The notes under the pieces were generated by a model. It was not told the origin of the DNA, made no database searches, and saw only the letters and a program-made list of their open reading frames with translations. This document shows, in pieces, positions 36,058 to 45,056 of a stretch of DNA of 45,137 nt. Numbering within the stretch: position 1 is the stretch's first letter; each line of letters opens with the position of its first letter. The DNA comes from Acidobacteriota bacterium (GTDB taxonomy: Bacteria; Acidobacteriota; Blastocatellia; Pyrinomonadales; Pyrinomonadaceae). Where the stretch lies: assembly GCA_046733615.1 (NCBI GenBank), contig JBKPPP010000004.1, positions 1 to 45,137 of the forward strand, written 5' to 3'. The position numbers and the translations under genes were made by a program.

Positions 36058-37773
36058 CTACTGGAACTCCTTATCGCGGTAAGTGTCCCTGCCACCCATC
36101 ACCGTGAGTAACACTCTCGTCTTCAGAATCTCTGACGGTGGAATAGTCAATAGATCCTGCGAAAGCACTACGAGGTCTGCAAGCTTCCCCGGCGCCAGCG
36201 TTCCGCGAATATCTTCGTCAAAATTTGCATAGGCCCCGTCAATTGTATAGTGGCGCAACGCTGCTTCAACTGAGATTCGATTTTGCGGATACCAGCCTTC
36301 TTTCGGCGTGCCCTCGGGCGTGGTCCGGTTGACGGCGCAATAGATACCTTTGAGCGGCGCGAAATCAAAGACTCCCCAATCGCTACCGAATGCCTGCACT
36401 GCTCCCGCATCGTCATACAGCTTAAAGGCGTTTGCGTGCGAGGCTCTTTCCGGTCCCAGCAGTACAGCATAGTTCTTTAGTGTTGTGTCATCCGGATTCG
36501 CAAACAAGGCTTGGGTTGAGGCAATCACTCCTAATTCCTTGAAGCGAGGTAGATCAGCCAGGCTGGGAACCTCTCCGTGCTCTACTCGATGACGGCGGCC
36601 GGTAGTGCCGTTAGTCTTTGCCGCATACTCGAAGGCATTCAAGGCCATGTTGATGGCTTTGTCACCAATTGCGTGAAGCAATACTTGAAAGCCTTCCTTA
36701 TCGTAGAGAGCGACCGTTTTATTCAAGTCATCTTGCTCCCAAAAAGGCATTCCGGTTCCGCCACCAACATAGGGCTTGGACATTGCTGCTGTTCGGCCAT
36801 CCACCGTTCCATCAAGCATTCCCTTGATGGAACCAAACTTGATCAGGGGACCCTGAAACGTATCCCGCAGTTCTTTGTAGTACTTCAGATCTTCTGCGGT
36901 TAGTGGAGTCTTCAACGTGTGATCTCGCGGCGAGAGTCCTTCTCCAGGCAGAATCGGAGGCGCAAAGCGGAAGCGAAGTTTCAAAGCGCCCGCGGCCAAT
37001 GCACGCAAATACACTGGTTGATCCCGCGGCGACCACGAAGCGTTTTGCACAGATGTAAGGCCATCTGCCGCAGCCTCGTCCATGTGCTTGAGCAATGTTT
37101 CGTAGACTTCCTGCTCCGTTTGTCGCGGCGTATGACGACGTAACAAACCTTGTGCGGCTTCTTTCAATTCACCGGTTGGTTCCCCTCGTTCATCTTTCAT
37201 GATGTGGCCATTTGGAGGATCAGGCGTATCGCGAGTGATGCCTGCAATCGCGAGGGCCTTCGAGTTGGCCAAACCCATATGACCATCGCGTTCGCTTACA
37301 TATACCGGCAGATCAGAAACGACTGCATCGATGTACTTTTTATTTGGAGCTTGATTGGGAAATGCGGAATAGCCCCACCCCCCGCCTGAGATCCACTTTA
37401 GATTTGGATGCGACTTCACAAATGCAGCCAGCGTTTTTTGAAATGCATCCAGCGTTTCCAACCCCTCGAGTCGCACGGCATTGATCGAAGGTCCGGGAAA
37501 GTGGACATGTGAATCCTGAAACCCCGGAACTACAAACCTGCCCTTTAGGTCCACGACCGAAGTATCCTCGTCACGCAGTGCAAGAATCTCTGTGTTAGAC
37601 CCAACTGCCAGAATCTTGTCGCCGTTAATTGCGACGGCTTCCGCTCTCGGCCGAGACTTATCGGCGGTCCAAAGCTTTCCATTTATGAAGATCCGATCCG
37701 CACGTGGGCCTTTTGGCCCCGTGGCCACTCCAATGAGCGACAGACAGAGCAGGACTAGTATAAATAGGCGCAT
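36058..37773 (-). CDS. Secreted amidohydrolase-family metal-dependent hydrolase (Amidohydro_3 / YtcJ-like)
   Basis: Signal peptide MRLFILVLLCLSLIGVATG. FQDSHVHF metal-binding motif, HAIGD and GSDW blocks. 571 aa. Confidence 0.8.
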   Translation of the reverse strand: MRLFILVLLCLSLIGVATGPKGPRADRIFINGKLWTADKSRPRAEAVAINGDKILAVGSNTEILALRDEDTSVVDLKGRFVVPGFQDSHVHFPGPSINAVRLEGLETLDAFQKTLAAFVKSHPNLKWISGGGWGYSAFPNQAPNKKYIDAVVSDLPVYVSERDGHMGLANSKALAIAGITRDTPDPPNGHIMKDERGEPTGELKEAAQGLLRRHTPRQTEQEVYETLLKHMDEAAADGLTSVQNASWSPRDQPVYLRALAAGALKLRFRFAPPILPGEGLSPRDHTLKTPLTAEDLKYYKELRDTFQGPLIKFGSIKGMLDGTVDGRTAAMSKPYVGGGTGMPFWEQDDLNKTVALYDKEGFQVLLHAIGDKAINMALNAFEYAAKTNGTTGRRHRVEHGEVPSLADLPRFKELGVIASTQALFANPDDTTLKNYAVLLGPERASHANAFKLYDDAGAVQAFGSDWGVFDFAPLKGIYCAVNRTTPEGTPKEGWYPQNRISVEAALRHYTIDGAYANFDEDIRGTLAPGKLADLVVLSQDLLTIPPSEILKTRVLLTVMGGRDTYRDKEFQ

Positions 37774-38176
37774 CGAGTTGACTCCGGTCGAAGTATTGAA
37801 AAGCGAGCGCTACAGGTTATTACAATAGAAAACGGCAGTCCATCAATCTATTGACACCTGCACGACTCGACCGGAATCTTCGCGGTGGAAGACATTTGAA
37901 CAAAAATACAGATGAGAGAGTGCTTCCCGGCAACGCTATCGTGAGCGTGATTCAGGTGGGGCGCTACGACAAAACGTGGTGCAGGAATCGGGCGCGAGAA
38001 GTTTGAGCTATTTGAACCACAGCTATGTCGCTCGATTAGCTCGCGGATTCTGCTTTGCCGACGGCAGGGCTTCAATTATCGAGCGCAAAAGTGCGTAAAC
38101 TTCGAACTCAACGAGCCGCTGACTATTGGAGCGGAGTAGCTGGTTGTAGTGTTAGACTGAACTCAGGAGGAAACAA

Positions 38177-38656
38177 ATGACACTTCGGGATTTCTATTTA
38201 AAACGTGCAAAGGCGGAGTTTCCAGTCTTTCTAAAGGTACTTAGGGCCTTGCCCTCTGACCTGAGCTACAAACCGGATGAGCGTTCACCTTCGGCCGAGC
38301 AACTAGTATGGACCTTGACTTATGAATTGAAAGCGTTGATTGATGTCGTCGACACTGGCAAATCTGAATGGCAAAACATTACTCCACCGGGTTTGGATGA
38401 GATGACCGGGATGTATGAGAAGTGGTCGACTGAGTTACTCGATAAGGTTGCAAAGCTGGATGATGCTTCCCAGGAACGCAACGCCCAGTTTCTTTACCAG
38501 GGCCAAGTCGTGATGGAGAAACCATTGGTAGAGTTTCTTTGGGACTTCATGTTCGATGCGATCCATCATCGTGGACAGTTAAGTGCGTACCTACGACCTA
38601 TGGGAGGGAAGGTTCCCTCGATTTATGGACCTTCCGCTGATGAGCCGGGGATGTAG
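38177..38656 (+). CDS. DinB-family protein
   Basis: 159 aa four-helix-bundle pattern with C-terminal HHRGQLSAYLRPMGGKVPSIYGPS, typical of the DinB/YfiT superfamily. AGGAGG RBS. Confidence 0.75.
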   Translation: MTLRDFYLKRAKAEFPVFLKVLRALPSDLSYKPDERSPSAEQLVWTLTYELKALIDVVDTGKSEWQNITPPGLDEMTGMYEKWSTELLDKVAKLDDASQERNAQFLYQGQVVMEKPLVEFLWDFMFDAIHHRGQLSAYLRPMGGKVPSIYGPSADEPGM

Positions 38657-38746
38657 TTCATCACAGCCTGCGATCCCAAAATGCTGGCGTTGTCGACGCA
38701 GTATTGCACTTCTCCCATGCCCCCCTCGCCAACCTTCGAGCGAATT

Positions 38747-39145
38747 TCATAGCGGCCCAGTCGTGTGCCGACAGCGGGCCAATCCATCAGCCACGTGTTC
38801 CAAGTTGCGCAAGAGCTTTGCGAGATCAGTTTGTATTCCGTGAATTAATTCGCGCAGTGTCAAGCCATCGACGAATTCCATCGCAATAAAGGGAGTGCCG
38901 GCGCTTTCCCCAATCTCGTAAATGTGTGCGATGTCCGGATGGTTGAGGGCCGCCGCTGCTGTCGCTTCCTGTTTGAATCTACGCATCCGATCTTTATTGG
39001 TGCCAACGTCGCCGGGCAAAACCTTTAATGCAACTTTGCGATGAAGCTGATTGTCCTCCGCAAGGTACACGTCACCCATTCCGCCTGCACCAAGCTGCGA
39101 GCGGATTTCATAACGACCGAGTTTGGTGCGGGCGGCGAGTGTCAT
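38747..39145 (-). pseudogene. Truncated Ser/Thr protein kinase paralog (N-lobe only)
   Basis: Has RYEIRSQLGAGGMGDVYLA (G-loop), KVALKVL (beta3 Lys), RFKQEA (alphaC Glu) and hinge AMEFVDG. The frame ends before any HRD or DFG motif. ATG overlaps the stop of the full-length kinase (ATGA). Confidence 0.6.
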
Positions 39146-41823
39146 CGTTTCGTTAAAGCGATCCAGTTCTTCACTACATTGATTGGAGTCGCTCCTCTAT
39201 CTTCCGGGAAAGAGTTAATCAGAAACCGCTGACCGTCAGCAGTGACCACATAATGATTTCTAAAGTCAGTTGTAGTGAGAACGCGGGTATCGAAGAGCCT
39301 CCTCGGTACACCAGCTTCGAACCTTGGGCTAAGACTTATGTCCACAGCCATTAGCTTTCTGTCGGGAGCGATGTAAAAAAGCTCTCGGCCGTCGTGTCGC
39401 CATTTCGGCTGAGCTCCCCCACCTGCTGAGATACGAAATTCGCTGCCCGAAGCAGGAAATGTCTGGACATAAACTCCTGGTGATCCGGATTTATCTGATA
39501 CGTACGCTACATATTTTCCGTCGGGCGAGAATTGTGCTTGTTTTTCATTGAAGTTTAATTGCACCAGTGGCGTCGACGTTTTGTCGTTTACTCGCAACAC
39601 CCACAAGTCCCATTTTGTATTCGGATTGAATGATTCGTAGGCTATGAATTGTCCGTCGCTGGACCAATCATCAGGAAATTTCTCTTCAGTTGACTTCAGC
39701 AACAGCTCTTCATTCCCCCCTCCGCTCGCAGATTTGCGATACAGATTCGATGCACCTTCACGATTCGACGCGAAAACGATCGAGTTCCCGTCCGGCGACC
39801 AAAGCGGCGTGGAGTCACCGCCGGGATCGGTTGTAAAGCGCGTCGAGACACCATCCCGAAAAAGATCGTAGAGCCAAATGTCGTTCGTTCCAGTTTGAGG
39901 ATCAGTGCGGTCGACGGCGACTTGACGTTGGTCAACTGGTGAGAGCCCCAGATTGAAATACATGCCTGGTTCACCGACAGCACCAATCTGTTTTCCGGTG
40001 CGATCGAACCAGAGCGGCTGATCGATGTAACCACCGCCAGCGCGAAAAACTAGTATTCCGTTATCCGCCACTGAAAAAGCGCCACGACCTAGTCCAGGGT
40101 TGTAGGCTACATGATCGGCGATCGGAACTTGTTCACCAGTCAGCTTAAGTTCGTTGACGTCGAATGGCTGCGCCAGCAGCGACTCATTTCGCAAGAACAG
40201 CAAAAATCCCGGAGGCGCGTACACAGCACTAACCATGCTCGGCATTAGCTGTTTTGTGTCTTTGGAGTTAAGCGAGCCAACATAGGTGCCGGTTGTTTCA
40301 ACCCGCCCTGTGCGCACGAAATAGAGGAAGTGTTGACCGTCAGGTAAAAAATAGGGCCAGCGATGAGAAGTTTCGAAACGCGACTCGTCAAGTGATGTGA
40401 GACGCGTAGGCTCGCCTCCTGCCTGGGAAACGCTATATAGGGGACCCGCGATAGATCCAATAATGATGATGCCATCGCGATTCCAGGTTCCACCGCGAGA
40501 GGCCGGACAATCACAGATTATCTGAGGAGGTCCACCCGCGGCGTCGATTTTCTTGAGCTTACCTCCCGAGAAGAAGGCGATAAAACGACTGTCGGGGGAC
40601 CAAAATGGAGGTGAAGGCGCTCCGCCACTGTCAACAGCGTCGAGCGGCTGCGGAGTGAATGACTCGAGGGGGCGGACCCACAACAAATTCTCACCATCCT
40701 TGGTCGCAACGAAGGCTATACGTCGACCGTCTGGTGAAATCACCGCTGTCGGTATTGTTCCGCTCATACCGACGTCTGCCGGCAGCGCCACTGATAATCG
40801 CAGAACACTTTCGTCTGTTTGAGTATTGGGCGACTTCCTAATCAAAAAAACAAGCATAGCCAGAAACCCGAGCAGGACGGCGGCTGCAACGATCCAGCCT
40901 AAATACTCGCGTTGTTTGAATCGACTCGGCTCTGAGACGACGCTGGCGGCATTTTGGTCCGACGGAACACTGCCTGCTGAAAGCGCTTCCAGTGCGAACG
41001 CTAAATCGCTAGCCGAATGGAAACGCGCTTCTGGATTCTTTTCTAAACAACGATTGACCAGCCGTTCGAGTGCTGGTGAAACATTCTTGTTTGTGTTCGA
41101 CAGGTCGGGCGGATCTTCCCTCAAGATCGCGCTCATCGTTTCAGCTACTGACTCGCTGTGAAACGCGCGCCGACCAGATAGCATCTCGTAAAGAATTGCG
41201 CCGAAGGAAAAGATGTCAGAGCGTTGATCGAGCGCTCGTCCTTTTAACTGTTCGGGTGACATGTAACCGACCGTGCCCATAACCACACCGGGATCGGTAT
41301 CCACGCGACGCGTTGGAATATCTGTTTGCGCCTGGTTTCCATCGAGTTGCGTGAGTTTCGCCAGGCCGAAGTCGAGGATCTTCGCTCGACCGTCCTTCGT
41401 GATGAAGATGTTGTCGGGCTTCAGATCGCGGTGGATGATTCCCTTTTCGTGAGCTGCCGCAAGCCCGTTCGCGATCTGGAGTGCGTAGTCGATCGCACGA
41501 CGTTGGGCCAACGGAGCGCCGCTAATCCGTTTGCGTAAGGTGTCGCCCACCAGTAGCTCTGACACGACGTAAGGTGACCCATCATGCTTGCCGACATCAT
41601 AAATTGACAGGATGTTGGGATGGTTCAGTGCTCCGGCCGCACAGGCCTCCTGCTGAAAACGCTTCAGGCGATCTTGATCGGCCGAGAATGTTGATGGCAG
41701 AACTTTAACCGCAACATCGCGTCCGATTTCCAAGTCGCGCGCCAGGTAAACCTCGCCCATGCCACCCGCCCCGACTTGTGAGCGGATTTCATACCGGGCG
41801 AGTTTTGTGCCGGTTTCGATCAT
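39142..41823 (-). CDS. Ser/Thr protein kinase with TM helix and C-terminal TolB-like (PD40/WD40-like) beta-propeller
   Basis: Complete Hanks kinase (GAGGMGEVYLA, VAVKVL, HRDLKPDNIF, DFGLA, GYMSPEQ). TM helix WIVAAAVLLGFLAMLVFLI. Repeated SPDG/WSPDG propeller blades. Confidence 0.92.
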   Translation of the reverse strand: MIETGTKLARYEIRSQVGAGGMGEVYLARDLEIGRDVAVKVLPSTFSADQDRLKRFQQEACAAGALNHPNILSIYDVGKHDGSPYVVSELLVGDTLRKRISGAPLAQRRAIDYALQIANGLAAAHEKGIIHRDLKPDNIFITKDGRAKILDFGLAKLTQLDGNQAQTDIPTRRVDTDPGVVMGTVGYMSPEQLKGRALDQRSDIFSFGAILYEMLSGRRAFHSESVAETMSAILREDPPDLSNTNKNVSPALERLVNRCLEKNPEARFHSASDLAFALEALSAGSVPSDQNAASVVSEPSRFKQREYLGWIVAAAVLLGFLAMLVFLIRKSPNTQTDESVLRLSVALPADVGMSGTIPTAVISPDGRRIAFVATKDGENLLWVRPLESFTPQPLDAVDSGGAPSPPFWSPDSRFIAFFSGGKLKKIDAAGGPPQIICDCPASRGGTWNRDGIIIIGSIAGPLYSVSQAGGEPTRLTSLDESRFETSHRWPYFLPDGQHFLYFVRTGRVETTGTYVGSLNSKDTKQLMPSMVSAVYAPPGFLLFLRNESLLAQPFDVNELKLTGEQVPIADHVAYNPGLGRGAFSVADNGILVFRAGGGYIDQPLWFDRTGKQIGAVGEPGMYFNLGLSPVDQRQVAVDRTDPQTGTNDIWLYDLFRDGVSTRFTTDPGGDSTPLWSPDGNSIVFASNREGASNLYRKSASGGGNEELLLKSTEEKFPDDWSSDGQFIAYESFNPNTKWDLWVLRVNDKTSTPLVQLNFNEKQAQFSPDGKYVAYVSDKSGSPGVYVQTFPASGSEFRISAGGGAQPKWRHDGRELFYIAPDRKLMAVDISLSPRFEAGVPRRLFDTRVLTTTDFRNHYVVTADGQRFLINSFPEDRGATPINVVKNWIALTKR

Positions 41824-42125
41824 GGGCTTGTGCTTTGCGAGTTGAGCGCGCAGCGCCCAACGCGCTTCTGGAATTCCTCAAGGCGCGACTCGTGGCGTAG
41901 TTGTATCTGACATCGCCGGCTACTTGCAGTTCAACCTCTTGGGTTCAGACATGCCCGCATGTTCGCGCTAGTCAGACGTCCCGAAGCATAAACCATCCAC
42001 CGCTCTAATGGGAGGAAGAATTAATTCCTTCTTAGAATAGCTACTCCTCACGGATTTACCCGTCTATGGCACGAACCGCACTAAGCGCAACACCTAAACT
42101 CGAAGTTGGTCTTGACGATTATATA

Positions 42126-42137
42126 TATCATATGATA
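42126..42137. promoter_or_regulatory. 12-bp perfect palindrome TATCATATGATA, candidate PadR operator
   Basis: Ends 12 nt upstream of ATG 42149 of the PadR gene. A TTGACG -35-like hexamer lies at 42112-42117. Confidence 0.3.
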
Positions 42138-42148
42138 CACAGACGCTC

Positions 42149-42505
42149 ATGCCAAGAAAGAAAGCGGAGATTTTCCTGCCGCTCAAGAGCAATTGGTTCC
42201 ACATCCTCGTGTCACTCGTGGACAGCGAGCAGCACGGCTACGGCATCATGCAGGAGGTGCTGGAGCGCACAGAGGGTAAGATCCGACTCTGGCCCGCAAC
42301 CTTGTACGGGTCACTAAAGCAGCTCATTGATCACGGATTGATCGTTGAATCCGGTGACCGTCCGGCCCCCGAGTTCGACGATGCCCGGCGGCGATATTAC
42401 AAGTTGACGTCGCTGGGCAAACGAGTTCTCGACTTAGAGAGCCAGCGGCTTCGAGATCTAGTCGGAATCCTTGATGCCAAACGCCGGCAGGAGGCGCGCT
42501 CGTGA
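42149..42505 (+). CDS. PadR-family transcriptional regulator
   Basis: 118 aa. Winged-helix string ILVSLVDSEQHGYGIMQEV...GKIRLWPATLYGSLKQLIDHGLIV...RRYYKLTSLG. Confidence 0.88.
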   Translation: MPRKKAEIFLPLKSNWFHILVSLVDSEQHGYGIMQEVLERTEGKIRLWPATLYGSLKQLIDHGLIVESGDRPAPEFDDARRRYYKLTSLGKRVLDLESQRLRDLVGILDAKRRQEARS

Positions 42506-43191
42506 ATCAGTGGGTGATCGGCTGTACTGGCATATACCGTCGTTTGGCGCGGGCCTTTCCGCGTGAGTTTCGGATGATTTGCGGCGATGGCCTAGAGCAG
42601 TTGGGAGCTGACGTTGTGCCGCTTATCTGGCGCGAGCAGGGTGTCCTTGGCCTCGTGCGGTGTTTTGCGGATCTTACTCGGCGACTGCCACTAGAATACG
42701 TATCTAGTTGGACCAGTAAATTTAAGGAGATGACAATGACTGGCGACCTGTTTGAAGGAACTTGGAAAGCTAAAAACGACGAATCACAGTGGGACCCGGC
42801 CTATACGCCGGAACAGGCCTGCCTGCGGTTCGAAGCCACCGACGACGGTTACCTTCTGGTGGCGTATGGAATCAAGGACGGCCAGGCGGTTGCCGAGCGC
42901 CCTACCCGAATAATCCCGGACGGAAGGCGTCGCCCAATTGTCGACTTAAACGGGCGTCCAATTCCGGGAGCGCCTCCGGGCGCGGTAGCATTCGGCTCGC
43001 AGCCTGACACGCATACCATTGAAGCCGGAGCAGAGGCCGATGGTCAGGTGCTGGGCAGGGGAACTTACACGGTATCGGACGACGGTCAGACGCTCACGGT
43101 CACGACAGAAGGCGTGGGACTGACGGGACCATTCAAGGTTCTCGCCATCTTTGAACGCGTTGTGCCTGACCCATACGTGCCTCAAGGTTGA
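42502..43191 (+). CDS. Hypothetical protein co-transcribed with PadR; C-terminal lipocalin-like beta-rich region
   Basis: GTG start overlaps the PadR stop. The C-terminal half (FEGTWKAKNDES...GTYTVSDDGQTLTVT...) resembles small beta-barrel/lipocalin-like domains. No firm family. Confidence 0.45.
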   Translation: MNQWVIGCTGIYRRLARAFPREFRMICGDGLEQLGADVVPLIWREQGVLGLVRCFADLTRRLPLEYVSSWTSKFKEMTMTGDLFEGTWKAKNDESQWDPAYTPEQACLRFEATDDGYLLVAYGIKDGQAVAERPTRIIPDGRRRPIVDLNGRPIPGAPPGAVAFGSQPDTHTIEAGAEADGQVLGRGTYTVSDDGQTLTVTTEGVGLTGPFKVLAIFERVVPDPYVPQG

Positions 43192-43404
43192 TCGTGTGTA
43201 GTCCCGATGGAATTCACACTCCCCCAAAAAAACGCCGGAGTAGTTGATCAATTGTTGGCCTTAGTCGTCCGTTCTCGTCTGTCGCCAAGATTGGCGGGTG
43301 ATACGGTTTTCGGAGGCACTCCATTGAGACTGTTGCTCGTAATCGTGCCTTTCGAGACGATCAGTGTTCACGGCGTTCTTATATAGTGGGCCGCAACTGT
43401 GACA

Positions 43405-43515
43405 ATGTGAACTCTGCGAATAGGGCGAACATGCGAACAGTCAATGAACATCGTGTCGAGATTGTCTTTGTCGATTGTGTCCACAGTGCGAACAGTGCGA
43501 ACACACAGTGCGGTT
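43405..43515. repeat. Cluster of short direct/inverted repeats (GCGAACA / TGTTCAC family; tandem CAGTGCGAA x2)
   Basis: GTGAACTCTGCGAA, GGCGAACATGCGAACAG, AATGAACA, CAGTGCGAACAGTGCGAACACACAGTGCGG, plus inverted copies at 43363-43371 and 43533-43541. All lie in an AT-richer region with no convincing ORF. Confidence 0.6.
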
Positions 43516-44371
43516 TGCTGTGGTTTCTTCTTCACTGTTCAAATTCCACTATATAAAAACGAATGTCTTCATCGGTGAAAATGCCGTTATTTCAACATCG
43601 TAAAATGAGCCCTACCACAATCCAACAACCGTGGAAGGAACGAAACTGCAACAGTGTGCCAAGCAGAAAATGCAAAAGCAGAAATTTTCGGCGGCCAACG
43701 TGTTATGGTTGAAGTTGGCCCACTGGCCCACATGTATTGATACGATTGCTCGGAGATGCATGCTCAGGAAGGCTCTACCCGAATCAATACGTGTCCTTCA
43801 CGACCTGAAACAATACAAGGCACGCGCGCGAAGCTTGGTAGGTACCGCGAGGCGGCAGAGTCGTTCCGGGTTTTGTTGGTTGACCGTTAATTGGGCTGAA
43901 CGTCGTTCATTCCAATCTAGACGAATCGCTTACCGTTCAGCATCGTGGATCACGGTGACAGCGATCTTCCATCTGCTATAAGACTTCTGAAGAATGTATG
44001 TAACGCCAACGGGTTCGAGCTCCTGCCCGTCAGCTTTGTAAAAATCCGCAATCCCACTCGCCAACGTTGTCGTGTCGCTAAGCTGCTGTACTTTCAGGTT
44101 GATTAATTCATGAAATCGACGCACGACAAGGAGTTCGACGTTTCTCTGTGCACATCGTGCACGCGATGTGCACTTTGTGCCGCAGTTGGGTCGGCATCTG
44201 ACGTGCTCGATTTCATCACTTGGCCTCACGTTTATTCTGCAAAGGTGGCCGGATGGCAACGCCACCCTGTAGCAACGGTGGATATAGCTTGGACAGAGCT
44301 GATTAAGTTTGGGCGCGGATACGAGGCGAGGCGAAACGAGATGCAAATGTATGATGCAGGACGGGTTAAAT

Positions 44372-44441
44372 TGGTGCCGAGGGCGGGAGTCGAACCCGCA
44401 CGTCCTTTCGGACAACGGATTTTAAGTCCGTTGACGCCTTC
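44372..44441 (-). tRNA. tRNA-Leu(UAA) 3' portion only (anticodon arm, long variable arm, T-arm, 3' acceptor strand, CCA); 5' acceptor strand and D-arm not foldable
   Basis: The minus strand reads AACGGA-CTTAAAA-TCCGTT (anticodon UAA), GTCCGAAAGGAC (variable arm), GCGGG-TTCGACT-CCCGC (T-arm), CCTCGGC-A-CCA. The required 5' strand G[CT][CT]G[AG]GG is absent upstream. Confidence 0.6.
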
Positions 44442-44532
44442 TGCACCTAGTCTCACCACACACGATAAACCAATATTTATCGGAATATGTAGCCGTCAAA
44501 GTCAGCTACATTCAGTTAAGTTTGATATGCGA

Positions 44533-44630
44533 TCACGTCATCTTCACGTCATCCGACTAACGGAGTTTCATCCGTTGGGAATGGCCGATGAACATCATCA
44601 CGTCACCTTCAGTCATGATAGATGACGTCA
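44533..44630. repeat. Four copies of a (T)CACGTCA / TGACGTCA motif next to the tRNA fragment
   Basis: TCACGTCATC at 44533-44542 and 44544-44553 (tandem), TCACGTCACC at 44598-44607, and palindromic TGACGTCA at 44623-44630. Confidence 0.55.
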
Positions 44631-45004
44631 GTGACTCAAAGACAGGCAACCCGCCCCAAGGTGAGAAGTATCGAACGTGCTGCGATCTTTTCTCGTAGAA
44701 AGATCTTGACACGATCGCTATTGATACTTTATACAAGAAAGTTCGCGCGATGGACCAGTCGCGTACTGTGAGGAAGAAAACTTCAATGCTGAGAAGCAGG
44801 ACATACCAGAAACATTCGACGAAATGGCAGCCGTGCGCCGCCATGTATCCAGTCGTCTGTTCGTTAGGCCTGACCTTGTCAGCGACCAATATTTTTGGCG
44901 GCAGACTCGGACAAGAAACGTCCATAGATAGCCGTAATATCAAGATTTAATTCAGCGGGAGCGGACTCCCGCTCCCAAATCTCGAAGCAAATTCAAGAGA
45001 ATTG

Positions 45005-45056
45005 AAGGAGCGGGCAGCTTCCCTGGGAGGCTTAAAGCCCGCTCCTTTAGTTTTTT
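45005..45056 (+). terminator. Rho-independent terminator
   Basis: 11-bp stem AAGGAGCGGGC / GCCCGCTCCTT enclosing a 21-nt loop that can extend the helix, followed by TTTAGTTTTTT. Confidence 0.6.

Noticed and set aside
37848-38075. 75-aa ORF in the divergent intergenic region between the amidohydrolase and DinB genes
   Set aside because: No RBS, a Cys/Arg/Ser-rich composition and no motif.
44372-44465. A complete tRNA-Leu gene
   Set aside because: I tried to fold the 5' part (…GTGTGGTGAGACTAGGTGCAGAAGGCGTCA). No 7-nt strand can pair with the 3' acceptor CCTCGGC, there is no U8, and no credible D-arm forms. No CCTCGGC complement was found up to the window end. It is reported as a fragment only.
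43631-44943. ORFs 43631-43981(+), 43930-44415(-), 44110-44625(+), 44557-44943(-)
   Set aside because: They are mutually overlapping, cross the tRNA fragment and have no motifs. The one exception is the last ~60 codons of 43930-44415 (…GVTYILQKSYSRWKIAVTVIHD), which look like the C-terminal half of an NTF2/SnoaL-like protein, probably a gene remnant rather than a functional CDS.
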